Origin: an uncultured virus (IMG/VR IMGVR_UViG_3300020050_011573)
Lineage: Duplodnaviria; Heunggongvirae; Uroviricota; Caudoviricetes
Length of the DNA: 64,000 nt
Reading direction: 5' to 3' (one strand)
IMG/VR virus record: IMGVR_UViG_3300020050_011573
How positions within the stretch are numbered: the first letter of the stretch is position 1; each line of letters opens with the position of its first letter. The translations under genes and the position numbers were made by a program. The notes beneath the pieces are model-generated. The model did no database searches. It was not told where the DNA came from and saw nothing but the letters and a program-made list of their open reading frames with translations. Below are positions 17,969 through 28,313 of the stretch, piece after piece.

Positions 17969-20788
17969 TTAATCACAACGCCAAACTGAATTTAGCCGCT
18001 GTGCAATTGCTCCAGTTCCGGCCCCAGCGCAAGGATTGCCACCCTTTACGCAGTCAGAACAGTAATAAATCACGCCGTTTGCTGGCGTTCCCAGTGTGGA
18101 AAAGGTCTTTGGTGTTGGCTGGCCATGCTGAACCCAGCCACTGTTGCTCGTTCCGGATTCTTTTACCCAAAGTGTCGTTCCCTGCCCTCCATTGAGTTGC
18201 CGATACGTCGAACCAATCCCCGCCGTTACCGATCCTTCCGGAGAGTTGTTTCCAGCCAGATCAAAAACTGTTTCTGCAATATCCCAGGTAAGACGATTGC
18301 CAAGAAGCGCCAGCCCATTTCCCTGAAGTCGAAGCTTTTCCCCGCCATTTGAGGCAAAACCCATCTTTCCATCGGCTGATTTGTAGAACCCCGTATCAAG
18401 GTCAGAGGAAAAAGCGAACGTTGGAGCGCCAGCAGAAGTATCCGCACCCCAGAAACGACCCGGAGAAGTAAAGACTGAACTGCCAGCATCCCAGCCCAAG
18501 CCCGAAATTGTTGTTTGGTTAACCGTATCCGTCCACACCGGAATTCGGGTTGCCACGCCTGGATAACTCTTGCTGATGACTCGATAATCCAACGCAGTGG
18601 CGTCCGGCATCAAGGTAACTGATTGATACTTTTCGGTCATCGTGTAGCCATTGGGCGTGTTGACCGACCCTCCCCCATTCGCTGCAAGCGTGACGACAAT
18701 ACCGGAGTTTGAAAGATTTTTGACAATGATTTGTTCGCCGCCCGGTGCGTACCAGCCAGGCCAGGGCAAAGTAAAAGGACAATCGGACGCACAAGTGACT
18801 TCAAAGTATTTCGCCCCCGGATAAGGGAAAGATGTAGTTGCTGTAACCGCAACCGTGGGGGAATATGCATCCGAACGATAAAGTTGCTGCGCTGTGCCGG
18901 TAGTCGTATTGCGAAACGTGCTGATAGCGTTTCCGCCCGCGACTTTTGGCCCCTGCCCGTCAATCGTTAATGGTGGCAATGCGTTGGCGTGAATCGGTTG
19001 CGAATTCGTGTAAAAACTGACCGGAGAATTCGCAAACACGACCGAATCATTGATCGTACCCTTGGCAAAAAAAGGCGGAAAAATTGCCGTATCAATCTCA
19101 TATCGCATTGCGATGTAGCTTCCACTCGAAGCCGAATCACCGGCAAATTGATTATGACCGCTGAACGTCGAAACCGAATTATAACGATGATCAATGCCCC
19201 CGGCTTTTGCACTCTCAAAGTTTGTGTTTTGCCACTGCGCAAAGGCGGAAACATTTGCAGCATCACCCTGCGCGATACTTTGCCCCAGAATTGCGTTCCA
19301 GCTTCCTGCCGCACTCTGATTTATCCCGTTGCAGGAGATACAGATAAAATTGCCCGCCATGATCCGAAAACCCGCGTTCGCGCTTGCGTTGGTCCCTTGT
19401 GCGTACAGGCTCTCATAATGATTCGATGGCATATTGGCCGAATTGATCACAAACGGGTAGCCGGCATTGTCATCGGAGTAAATGTTGATGGCCCGATGCG
19501 AAAACGTGTTTCCGGCATAAAAGCCATGTGACCCTGCCTGATAAATTTGGATGTTTTCAAACAAAGCCTGTGCGTAATAAAGGTCTGGACCAACAATATC
19601 ATCAGCCTTTAGCCCAATCTGTGATCCGCCCGCCGTCTTACTTCCTTGAATCATCAAGTTTCTGATTGTTGGTCCTGTAAACTGATAAAAGCCTGACCCT
19701 TCCACGGCATTGACGATAATCCCATTTGTCACACTGGAGATGATGGTTTTTCGCATTCCATCGCCTTCGAGCGTGACACCACCAGGAACCGTAATACCCG
19801 TTACTCGATAATTACCTGCTGGAAGTTGAACTTTTTTCCCGGTCGAAGCCAGTCCCGCAGCAATCGCATTTGTTAAGCAAGATGTGTCATCGGTCGAACC
19901 GTTGGCCACACATCCAAAATCTGTTTTTGCGTTAATTGCCTGCTGGAGTCCGCTCGCCGTTGGAAACGTGACATTGAGCGTCCCCCCGCCGATGGACAGG
20001 CCCGCACCCAGCCCCAGACCCTGAACCGTTGTGCCATTGATGCTGTAATAGGCCAGTTGATTGGTCGTGCCGGCTGAAACCGTTCCGGAACCGCTACCAG
20101 CACCCAGACAGGTAAAAGAAACCCCATCGGTCGAAGATTGCCAGCACCCAGCCCCTGACGAATATCTGACCGTTGGCACGTTGTTTCCACTGCCTGCACG
20201 AATATCGAAGTTCCCAGCCGCTGGCGAGGTTGCCGCACCAATCGTAAACGCCGTCGAATTGGTGTATCCGCCAATGGAATTCAGCAACGAGCGAGTTTCA
20301 TCCCGCGAATAAGCAACGTTATCACCCAAGACCGGAGGCCCGCCGTTCTGATTTGAGAGCGCCACCGCTCCCCAAGTCGTTGTTGTCGGCGTCGAAGCCA
20401 ACGCAAACGATTCATAGCCGCCCCATGCTTTGATGACGGTATTTGTTCCGGTTCGATAGAAACGCGCCGTGTAGCGAGCCGTGCGGCCAACCAGCGCATC
20501 CCTCGTTGCCGGAATTACAATCGTTGGAATGATGAGAATGTATTGAGTGACACCGTTGACCGTCTCACTCGCCACCGTGCAGGCGACTTTGACTACGACC
20601 GCATTGGCTGGAAAAGTTTGCTGCTGTGGCGTGACGATGGACTGATCGAGGTTTAGGCGTAATTCAACGCCAGAGGTAGGCCCATCCCAATATCTGATTT
20701 GGGTTGATGAAATCGTAACGTCTGTAGCGAACGCAGGGACAGACAGACAAAGAAAAAAAACGGCGAGGATGGTAATCTTTCGCAACAT
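17969..20788 (-). CDS. Tailspike-like protein (beta-helix) with N-terminal Sec-type signal peptide
   Basis: Starts MLRKITILAVFFLCLSVPAFA-TD; pectate-lyase-3-like cap INAKTDFGCVANGSTDDT...LPAGNYRV; GSPEGSVTA.IGS.Y...LWVKESG motif; Cys-rich C-terminus. Confidence 0.8.
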   Translation of the reverse strand: MLRKITILAVFFLCLSVPAFATDVTISSTQIRYWDGPTSGVELRLNLDQSIVTPQQQTFPANAVVVKVACTVASETVNGVTQYILIIPTIVIPATRDALVGRTARYTARFYRTGTNTVIKAWGGYESFALASTPTTTTWGAVALSNQNGGPPVLGDNVAYSRDETRSLLNSIGGYTNSTAFTIGAATSPAAGNFDIRAGSGNNVPTVRYSSGAGCWQSSTDGVSFTCLGAGSGSGTVSAGTTNQLAYYSINGTTVQGLGLGAGLSIGGGTLNVTFPTASGLQQAINAKTDFGCVANGSTDDTSCLTNAIAAGLASTGKKVQLPAGNYRVTGITVPGGVTLEGDGMRKTIISSVTNGIIVNAVEGSGFYQFTGPTIRNLMIQGSKTAGGSQIGLKADDIVGPDLYYAQALFENIQIYQAGSHGFYAGNTFSHRAINIYSDDNAGYPFVINSANMPSNHYESLYAQGTNASANAGFRIMAGNFICISCNGINQSAAGSWNAILGQSIAQGDAANVSAFAQWQNTNFESAKAGGIDHRYNSVSTFSGHNQFAGDSASSGSYIAMRYEIDTAIFPPFFAKGTINDSVVFANSPVSFYTNSQPIHANALPPLTIDGQGPKVAGGNAISTFRNTTTGTAQQLYRSDAYSPTVAVTATTSFPYPGAKYFEVTCASDCPFTLPWPGWYAPGGEQIIVKNLSNSGIVVTLAANGGGSVNTPNGYTMTEKYQSVTLMPDATALDYRVISKSYPGVATRIPVWTDTVNQTTISGLGWDAGSSVFTSPGRFWGADTSAGAPTFAFSSDLDTGFYKSADGKMGFASNGGEKLRLQGNGLALLGNRLTWDIAETVFDLAGNNSPEGSVTAGIGSTYRQLNGGQGTTLWVKESGTSNSGWVQHGQPTPKTFSTLGTPANGVIYYCSDCVKGGNPCAGAGTGAIAQRLNSVWRCD

Positions 20789-20823
20789 TCAGCATCTCGA
20801 ATTCCCCAATGCCTCCAAGATGA

Positions 20824-21246
20824 TTATCGGCTCAAACCTTCCACGTTGACGAGAACACCGTTGGTGTCATAAAGCGGCCCAAGATTCTCATCGAGCCAGG
20901 TCACGTAAACCAGGTCCCCAGCAGTTCCCTTCACAAACCATTGGCTCATGATGTGCCGGAAGTTGTTTTCCTGATACCAACTTCGACGCCGCTCGAAGCG
21001 ATCATCCTGCTGACCGCTGTTGTATTGCTGGCCTTGACCGGCAAGAAGCGTATCCAGCGCATTCCCGGCAGTAAGGGTTTGCATAACACCATTTACACCG
21101 GTATCGAAGATATTCCCGACATAAACCGGGTTGATGTTGCTGGCATCCGCCTGCACGACAATCTGAGGTGTTCCAATCCCTTTGAGAGTTAGCGGTTGAT
21201 TGTCACCGTTGAGCGTAAGAATGAATTGTCTTTTTTCGTATGGCAT
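20824..21246 (-). CDS. Putative virion-associated protein
   Basis: IVVQADASNINPVYVG...GTAGDLVYV; position in the tail cluster. Confidence 0.55.
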   Translation of the reverse strand: MPYEKRQFILTLNGDNQPLTLKGIGTPQIVVQADASNINPVYVGNIFDTGVNGVMQTLTAGNALDTLLAGQGQQYNSGQQDDRFERRRSWYQENNFRHIMSQWFVKGTAGDLVYVTWLDENLGPLYDTNGVLVNVEGLSR

Positions 21247-21929
21247 TATCCGTATCCTCCATCACCGCCAGCAGGAGGCTTACCAGCAGGCCCAACCGTG
21301 CTTTGATTGGTAAACATCCCCAACGGTGCGCCGATTCCCGACGCAATTCCGACGATATTTCCGACCACCCCAATGCCTTCTTTGAACTTATCCCAGAAGG
21401 ATTTCTTTTTGACGAATTGCTGATTTTGCTGACGCATGTCGACCGCATTGGCAAACGCATTCTGGTAATTGTTCATCCCCTGCATTTTCCTGTCACGATC
21501 TTTATTGCCCTGATCCGCCCAGCCAGCCGCAGCGTCCATGTAACCAGGCAAATTCCCAACAATCTGCGATGTCGTTTGATTGTTGATGTCATTTGTCTGT
21601 TTCTGGAGCATCCGGTCATAGATCGTGGTTGCCGCCCCGGAACCCGGAGAGCTACCGCTTCGAGCCATTGCCGCAGCACCAAGCCCTTGGCTTTCCTTTG
21701 CTGCCCGAATGTTGCGCGCTCCCTGCGTTCTGGCTGCTCCCGCAAGCATTGTCCCGCCGATGTTCCCACCAGCAATCTTGCCAATTTCGCCATAGCCAAA
21801 CTGTTCCAAAGGCTCATTGATTTTGTAGGAATCGGTCAGCCCTTTATACTTTTCGACTTCATCGAAGTTGGCCACAATCTTGGGATTTAGCCATGGGTCT
21901 AAAATGTGCTGATCGTACTTCTGTCCCAT
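21246..21929 (-). CDS. Putative ejection/pilot-type virion protein
   Basis: A/G/Q/N-rich helical protein with a C-terminal glycine-zipper (GIGVVGNIVGIASGIG). Confidence 0.5.
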   Translation of the reverse strand: MGQKYDQHILDPWLNPKIVANFDEVEKYKGLTDSYKINEPLEQFGYGEIGKIAGGNIGGTMLAGAARTQGARNIRAAKESQGLGAAAMARSGSSPGSGAATTIYDRMLQKQTNDINNQTTSQIVGNLPGYMDAAAGWADQGNKDRDRKMQGMNNYQNAFANAVDMRQQNQQFVKKKSFWDKFKEGIGVVGNIVGIASGIGAPLGMFTNQSTVGPAGKPPAGGDGGYG

Positions 21930-21931
21930 AA

Positions 21932-22134
21932 TTACCCCTCAATTCTTTCTGACGGTTTCCCCTTCAGTACCTGATGAACAAACTTTCCAGCCGATGGTGA
22001 TCGAAGCATCCTGTCGAAAAGTTCCTGCGAACAATCGTCATAGCCGTAAAGCTTGCCATCTTTGAACCTGACAAAAATGGTTTCACCCGCAAATCCGATT
22101 GAAACGTCACATTCTGCAAATCTTCTCTATTCAA
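21932..22134 (-). pseudogene. KTSC-domain gene, apparently frameshifted
   Basis: Frame ending TAA 21932-21934 encodes SIGFAGETIFVRFKDGKLYGYDDCSQELFDRMLRSPSAGKFVHQVLKG (KTSC-like) without an in-frame start; the SD-led TTG at 22134 is in another frame. Confidence 0.55.
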
Positions 22135-23338
22135 GTCTCTCTCCTAAATTGTATCTGCCCAAATCCCAGAAGCCGTAACCCTGGCCGCTATAATCAATCC
22201 CAACGCCCGATTGTTCTCCGTCCCCTGTCGGCGTAATGATCGTGTCTGACGCAGCAAGCCGATCTTCCGGCGATGGCGCCCACAATCCTGCTGATAGAGA
22301 CAGCCCAAAACGATCAACCTGCACAACTGATGATGACGTTCCACGAAGCCCAATCCGCAGCCATTGCTTGTCACTCCCGGTCAGGCTGAAGTTGTAATTT
22401 CGCGGGACTCTGATCGTTGCTCGCACAGTCTGCCAGACGGGAGTAAGCCGCAAGCCAAACTCATTGACCAGTATCCGCGCTTGAGCCACCGTTGGCGACG
22501 GGATAGGCGCATTTGCCTGCATCAGCACCCCCGTATCGTTGAATGAGGTTGCTCCCGATTCGACAATGCCTACAAGTCCCGGATTCGGCGAGACTCGATA
22601 AATCCGGTAAGAAAGAATGCCGCTCGTCAACGTCCAGTTCAGTTGGTTGTAATCGGTCGAATTGAGCGCCGCAGCCCCCAGCACCGTAACCGGCGAGGAA
22701 ACAATCGTTTCATTCCGGTCAGTCTGTGCAACCAGGGCATACGTGTAATTTGTCGTGGCTGCTCCCGGTCCCACTTTGACGACCGTGATTGTCGCAATTC
22801 CAGGACCGCCAGAAAGTGAAGCGCCAATCCAACTATCAATTCCTGTGGTTGAGTCCCAAATACCAGCTTCCAGGCCGATCCCAGAACCGGCAGCACCATC
22901 TTTTGTGCGAGCATTGAACATCAAAAACAGGGACTGGCCAGGCCGAACAAGCCGTTTTCCGAAAGCATAAGAAAGATCATCGGCATCGGTTGTCACACTC
23001 CAATCAAGCCAGCCTTCGGCAAGATTCCATAATGGATTTGTCGCTGCTGACTTCACTGGATTTGCTGGATTCACACCCCGAAACCATTTGTAGGCCTCAT
23101 CGTTTGCACCAGCCCCGGTATAACTCAATACCGAATGATCAAAGTCGGCGTTGATCAACCAATTATCAATGCCGGTCGGGGGAAGTGTAGGCAATTGCCT
23201 CTGCGTTCCATCAAGCGCATCAACACGGGCTTTGAGCGAGGCAATGGTTTGAGCATCCACGCCGCTCTTACTGGCCAGCGCAATCGCTTCCAATTCTCGC
23301 TTCACATACCCCAGCCTATTTCCGATAGGTCCGCTCAT
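22127..23338 (-). CDS. Tail/virion structural protein
   Basis: N-terminal coiled coil, NWLINADF carbohydrate-binding-like start, YTYALVA...LNW...YRIYR...SFNDTG Ig-like insert. Confidence 0.65.
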   Translation of the reverse strand: MSGPIGNRLGYVKRELEAIALASKSGVDAQTIASLKARVDALDGTQRQLPTLPPTGIDNWLINADFDHSVLSYTGAGANDEAYKWFRGVNPANPVKSAATNPLWNLAEGWLDWSVTTDADDLSYAFGKRLVRPGQSLFLMFNARTKDGAAGSGIGLEAGIWDSTTGIDSWIGASLSGGPGIATITVVKVGPGAATTNYTYALVAQTDRNETIVSSPVTVLGAAALNSTDYNQLNWTLTSGILSYRIYRVSPNPGLVGIVESGATSFNDTGVLMQANAPIPSPTVAQARILVNEFGLRLTPVWQTVRATIRVPRNYNFSLTGSDKQWLRIGLRGTSSSVVQVDRFGLSLSAGLWAPSPEDRLAASDTIITPTGDGEQSGVGIDYSGQGYGFWDLGRYNLGERLE

Positions 23339-23584
23339 TTATTCGTCTTCATCCGGCGTGATAACGTGAATCTCGATTTCCGACTCCAGCAGTTCAGGGA
23401 TGGTGTTCAATTTGTATTTTCCCGGCTTCCCAGTTTTGACGTATGTGCCAGCAATTTCAACGTAATCATCGTTATGAAGATTACCGTACTTGAGTTCGAC
23501 GGATTCAACTTTTAGCTCAAGACGCTTCTCCATCTTGATGCGCTTTCCAACGAGAAATTGACGAATCGGCAAAAGTAAATTCAT
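23339..23584 (-). CDS. Small hypothetical protein
   Basis: Fills the gap exactly, overlapping the upstream stop codon. Confidence 0.5.
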   Translation of the reverse strand: MNLLLPIRQFLVGKRIKMEKRLELKVESVELKYGNLHNDDYVEIAGTYVKTGKPGKYKLNTIPELLESEIEIHVITPDEDE

Positions 23585-26500
23585 TGTGTCACCAAGTTTT
23601 CGTGTGAATCGCCCGGAATGTGTCCGCCAAGATAAACCACCGAAGGCTCTTGATCCGAACAGCTTCCGAACACTTCACAGTTGTACAAAACAATGTTCGT
23701 CTTATTTGGCTTTGCCCATCGGTAATGGGTTGGTCCACTCTCAGTGTACGTTTTCTCGTAAATGTTCGCCAAACCCTTTTTGTCACCGAAGTTCTTATAG
23801 AATCGAAACCCACCAGTTTGATTGATTCGAGAAACGTTTCCCATATCCAACTTGCCTGTTGGTCCCACAATCTGAGCCTTGATTCCATACCACGAAGACC
23901 ATGCAAAGCCGGCATATCCAAAATTATGCGCCGCTCCAACCTGCGTACCATTTCTAATCAAATAACCAAACACGCCGGCATTGTTTGCCGTAACATCAAT
24001 CCTGATAACGTCACCCTCTTGCACGACGCCTTTGACAATGCCAGGTCCGCCCCCTGTCCACCATTCCAGCACTCCCGGCGCTGTAATTCGCCAAGCCAGG
24101 ATTGCCCCCGTGTTGTAATCCGCATTGGGAAGGCTCGGAGTAACGCCAAACTTATTCAATTGCTGGTTGTTGCAGAAAGCTACCCACACTTCCTGATCAA
24201 TCGGCGCTTTCACTGTCCACTCAAACCGGATATTTCCGGTTTCCATCAGGACACCAGGAACAACCAGCGTTGAGACAGCATATCCGCCGATAACCGACGA
24301 ATCAGGAATTAAAGCGTCATCTTCCTGATGAGTTCCAGATTCCCGCCACCAATCAAGTTCTTGAGAAGATGATAAGTCAGCCACCAGGCGCACACGGCGC
24401 AAGGTCTTCATTTGCCCCGGCGCCCCCCCGTGACGAGCGACCGAACGCAAAAACCAATTTCCACCAAGACCGACATCCAAAACAAAAATTTCAAAATACT
24501 GAAGTTCATCCGCCCCCTGCTGCAAAACAAAGTGCATGCGGTTGTCAATTGTCAGGGACGAGACGATTCGGGCATCCGTGCTTATGGGCGCAGAGGTAAA
24601 TTCACCGACTGGTTGCCAAAGATCGAGTTTGAGCAGCGACGACCACGCGCCCAGCGTTTCAAAATAAAGGTAGATTTCTTTTCCGTGACAGTAAGCCACC
24701 ACTTCCAAAGTAGGATCAAAGCCCACTACCGTATTTTCCGGGCGCCAATGTGACGTTTGCGTTGCAATTGGGTCAGCAAAGCCCGTATCCGGTTCAAGAT
24801 TTCCCCGGTAACGAGCCAGCGTCTTTCGACCAGTCATGCAATAAACACCAGTTCGAGTACAGCAAGCCGCATTTTCCCCTGCAATCCCGGTTGTTCCCCA
24901 CAAAGTTCTTAACTGAATTGGCGTAATGGAATCGCCGCTGTAAAACGCAGTCTGTAAGCTATTTCGAGTGAAGATGAAGGTTGATCCGTCGTAAGGACTG
25001 GTTTCGAGTCTTACAATTTGTTCAGCCGGATTGAGAAAAGATGTCTCGGTTAAATCGTACTGTTCAGGTTGGTTCGGCTTACTTGGTGAAAATCCTGTCC
25101 CGTCAAGTGTCCCGGCAATGACCACCACAGGCCCCGCAGGAAAGCCATGCGTTCCCGCTGGAGGCGGCTCAATCCCTCTTGGTGCTTCAATATCGAGCAG
25201 ATCATCATCAGCGTAATCAATGTCCAGGAAGCGCAGCAATAAATCAGTGTCTGTGATTTGGGACAATGGAGCATTCGGCGTGTAATCGGCAACCGGACCA
25301 TCTGAGGTAAACCAGAGCGTGACAAGCTGTGTTGCTGTTGGCGCTCCCAACGGTAACGCCGCGGCATTGTGCGCAGTTTGCCCAACCTCATAATCAGAAT
25401 TTGCTTGCACTGTTGGCGTGGTCGAATCAACGTCTTTCCAGGCTACGGCCAGGGCATTCATTTGACTGTTTGCTGAAGTCGTCCATTCGTAAAATTCACC
25501 CACTGACGGTGACAGCAGTTGGCCAAAAACTCCGATCCCAATATTACGTTCCGGATTGTTTTGCCACTCTATTGGAGATGGAGCCCAGCCAGCAGGCGCA
25601 ACCAGGCTGAACAGATCAATCGTGAAATGATTGTTCACTTCCAAAGCACTCGTTGCCGTATCTGTCCAACGAATGCCGAAACCCGACGCGCCCAAAATTG
25701 TCGTTGTCGTCGTCAATGGCAATGAAGCGGAATAAATAGCATCGCTTCGCAGCTTCCACTTGAACGTTGTTTGACTGTCCTGAAGGATGTCAATCTTTTC
25801 GCCATTAGCATTGAGCGGGTCAGGTCCCCCCATCCAGACACCAGTAAATGCAGCAATGGTGTCTGTGCCCTTGTTTGTGCCGTCCGGCGTGATCGTATGA
25901 CTTGCCTTGAACGTAATCATCACCGTCAGGTATTGACCGTCAAGCGCTCCGTCCGGACGCTGCACACGGATTGACTGTGTTCCGCCAGGAGTCACAGCAA
26001 ACGAGGATCCAACATAAGAGGGAAGTGTTGCCGCTGCTGGCCGCAGGACGATGGCCGCGATCCGAGAATTCGTCGCCGCAACCGTTGTTCCCCCGTAAAC
26101 CGTTGTCACGCCATCGCCAGCACCAGCGGAAACGTTCGCATAAGCAAAAGGCGCAATCTCAGCTTCTTGAATCTTCCGATACAACAGATGCGGCCCGACG
26201 CCACCCAGCCCTTGTCTTGAAAGGTAAAGCCCCCACTGATCTTGGCCTTGGCTTGTAATCGCTGCCGGAAATGCAACCCGGATTCGCCCAGCGGTCACAC
26301 TGACCACGTTTGAAGTGTCCGAAGCTTCGCTTTCCGCGCCCGTCACTGTCCTGATGCGCGTAACCTGTGCAGAGACGTTCCCCGTTACTTGTCCGGCAAC
26401 CGCCTGTCCCAACGCATCCACAGCAAGAGTCAGTTCCGGAGAAGACGGCTTTGGCAGGCCGCCTTGAAAGACATCATTTCCAATCAGGACTTGAAGCTGA

Positions 26501-26826
26501 GAAGTTGAGACACCGATTGGAGTGGTGAAATCATCAACAAAAGTGTTTCCGCGACCGATGAAAAAGGTTGCGTTGCCAAACTGCCGCCAGATATTTCCCG
26601 ATTCGTGGCCAGCGATCTTTCCATCAACGATGTGCAGGCGTTTCGCTCCCAAGGAATTGATTGGAGAAAACCCCCGCCAGGAGCGGACAGCGCCATAACG
26701 CGAAAACAAGACATTTTCACCCGCAATTGCACCATCACCCACGGCTGGCTGTGTCACGAGCGGCACATCAGGATAGTAGCCGCGTGAATACCTGATTTCA
26801 TCCTTAAATGGAGTCGTTTCAGCCAT
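23581..26826 (-). CDS. Tail nozzle / DNA-stabilisation-like protein
   Basis: 1081 aa; ENVLF..GAVR N-terminus, beta-propeller-like segments, C-terminal KTLRRVRL; position downstream of adaptor-like genes. Confidence 0.55.
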   Translation of the reverse strand: MAETTPFKDEIRYSRGYYPDVPLVTQPAVGDGAIAGENVLFSRYGAVRSWRGFSPINSLGAKRLHIVDGKIAGHESGNIWRQFGNATFFIGRGNTFVDDFTTPIGVSTSQLQVLIGNDVFQGGLPKPSSPELTLAVDALGQAVAGQVTGNVSAQVTRIRTVTGAESEASDTSNVVSVTAGRIRVAFPAAITSQGQDQWGLYLSRQGLGGVGPHLLYRKIQEAEIAPFAYANVSAGAGDGVTTVYGGTTVAATNSRIAAIVLRPAAATLPSYVGSSFAVTPGGTQSIRVQRPDGALDGQYLTVMITFKASHTITPDGTNKGTDTIAAFTGVWMGGPDPLNANGEKIDILQDSQTTFKWKLRSDAIYSASLPLTTTTTILGASGFGIRWTDTATSALEVNNHFTIDLFSLVAPAGWAPSPIEWQNNPERNIGIGVFGQLLSPSVGEFYEWTTSANSQMNALAVAWKDVDSTTPTVQANSDYEVGQTAHNAAALPLGAPTATQLVTLWFTSDGPVADYTPNAPLSQITDTDLLLRFLDIDYADDDLLDIEAPRGIEPPPAGTHGFPAGPVVVIAGTLDGTGFSPSKPNQPEQYDLTETSFLNPAEQIVRLETSPYDGSTFIFTRNSLQTAFYSGDSITPIQLRTLWGTTGIAGENAACCTRTGVYCMTGRKTLARYRGNLEPDTGFADPIATQTSHWRPENTVVGFDPTLEVVAYCHGKEIYLYFETLGAWSSLLKLDLWQPVGEFTSAPISTDARIVSSLTIDNRMHFVLQQGADELQYFEIFVLDVGLGGNWFLRSVARHGGAPGQMKTLRRVRLVADLSSSQELDWWRESGTHQEDDALIPDSSVIGGYAVSTLVVPGVLMETGNIRFEWTVKAPIDQEVWVAFCNNQQLNKFGVTPSLPNADYNTGAILAWRITAPGVLEWWTGGGPGIVKGVVQEGDVIRIDVTANNAGVFGYLIRNGTQVGAAHNFGYAGFAWSSWYGIKAQIVGPTGKLDMGNVSRINQTGGFRFYKNFGDKKGLANIYEKTYTESGPTHYRWAKPNKTNIVLYNCEVFGSCSDQEPSVVYLGGHIPGDSHENLVTQ

Positions 26827-27015
26827 TTACTTCTTTTCGTTACAGTCCACAACTATTGCACCAGAGCCGGCATAGTTTCCGGTTTTATCAAAAAAGTAAT
26901 CTCGTCCATCAGCGCAATGAACTGAATCCAGATTTTCGCCTTCAAAGATTTTGATTGGTCCTACAACATCAATTGTGCTGATATTTTCTTCTTCCGAAAT
27001 AACCCTAATCTTCAT
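26827..27015 (-). CDS. Small hypothetical protein
   Basis: AGGAG SD, abuts the next gene. Confidence 0.5.
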   Translation of the reverse strand: MKIRVISEEENISTIDVVGPIKIFEGENLDSVHCADGRDYFFDKTGNYAGSGAIVVDCNEKK

Positions 27016-27206
27016 AAAGTCTCCTATTTCTTTGTCACTTGCATCAATGAAACTGTTTCAGCCATTTACCCCCAGCTTAACTTGCCAAAGATGGCAAAAT
27101 GCTTGATTTTCAAGACTGATAAATCTTTCGATGTTGCCCTTTTGCCTCACTTCAGGGTAATCGTTTCGGTTCAAACCTGAATATCCGGAATTCTCAAAAA
27201 AGTAGT

Positions 27207-28313
27207 TCATTTCTTCGCCATCTGCATCATTGCTGTTCGTTGACGCGCTTTTTCAACCAGTAAATCAACCGCTCGTTGATGCCACTCAAAAGGAAGCTCT
27301 GACGCAGTTGGAATAATGTTTCCAGTTAACAACACATTCTCCGCTGGCAGTTCTGGTGTTTCTTCTGGGTTGCCCCACCAAAACAGGATTGTTTCACCTT
27401 CAAACGTCCAATACCAGGTGTCACACCGCAGGGGCATCGAGCGGTAAGAAATGTTCGGCAAGTAGGAAAGCAATTTCCCATTTGTGAACCGAATTGCCCC
27501 GGTATTGGGTAGAGAACTACTCAGAAACTGATACTGAGTCAGATCACTGATTTCATACGCGCCACTTGGCCCAGGAGTAAAGACAGTGTTACCCATCTGT
27601 CCCTCGCCGATTTGACCACCATCAGCACCAAAATAGACGCCAGGAACTGACGATGCTGTAATCTCGCCACTGACCACAGCGTAGGACATTTTGAAAACAC
27701 GCTGATCCGACAATTGATTGATCGTCAAATCTCCATTGCTGTCCCAGTCGAACTGGAAGATGTCACCACGTTCAATCGCTGGAAAGACGCCAGGGTAAGA
27801 GATTCCATTCGCAAACACACTTCCCGCTGTCGGTCCCGTTCCGGATGTTCTCAGCAGTACATCCCAAGCTGACAGGTTGATAGGATCAAAACTTTCAATA
27901 AATGGACTAATCACCCCAAAACCGCTCGTTTTGGCTGGAAGAATACATTGCCACTCGGTGAAGTAATCCCGCACTCGAAGCGGAGAACCGGAGAGAGGAA
28001 GACGGGCGGCAGAAAGGGCATAAGTTCCCCCGTCCCCTTTGACAATGCCGTTATCAACTACGGGGATTTTACCGTCAATATTTTGACCAAAAACAGCATA
28101 CTGAATTGTCGCCGAGGACTTTACCGGTAACTGAACGGTTCGTTGAAGAAGCGCAAAGCTTTTCGATGCAGCAACTTCCCGTGCAACCATCGTCATTGCA
28201 TCATCAATCCACGCTTCCAGTTCAAAACGATAAAGATTCTTCATCGCCGAGGACTGGCCCGGAAAAGCCTTTATAAATGCGTATTCAACAAGTTGTTCGT
28301 TAGTTAAGCCCAT
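27207..28313 (-). CDS. Head-tail adaptor-like protein with inserted beta domain
   Basis: Helical N-terminus (WIDDAMTMVAREV) and C-terminal SELPFEWHQRAVDLLVEKA typical of adaptor folds. Confidence 0.5.
   Translation of the reverse strand: MGLTNEQLVEYAFIKAFPGQSSAMKNLYRFELEAWIDDAMTMVAREVAASKSFALLQRTVQLPVKSSATIQYAVFGQNIDGKIPVVDNGIVKGDGGTYALSAARLPLSGSPLRVRDYFTEWQCILPAKTSGFGVISPFIESFDPINLSAWDVLLRTSGTGPTAGSVFANGISYPGVFPAIERGDIFQFDWDSNGDLTINQLSDQRVFKMSYAVVSGEITASSVPGVYFGADGGQIGEGQMGNTVFTPGPSGAYEISDLTQYQFLSSSLPNTGAIRFTNGKLLSYLPNISYRSMPLRCDTWYWTFEGETILFWWGNPEETPELPAENVLLTGNIIPTASELPFEWHQRAVDLLVEKARQRTAMMQMAKK

Noticed and set aside
22127..22129. Possible genome-wide TAG recoding suggested by the in-frame KTSC after a TAG
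   Set aside because: TAG clearly terminates other genes (SSB ...DIPF, primase-helicase, holin, giant protein) and coding density is already high under the standard code.
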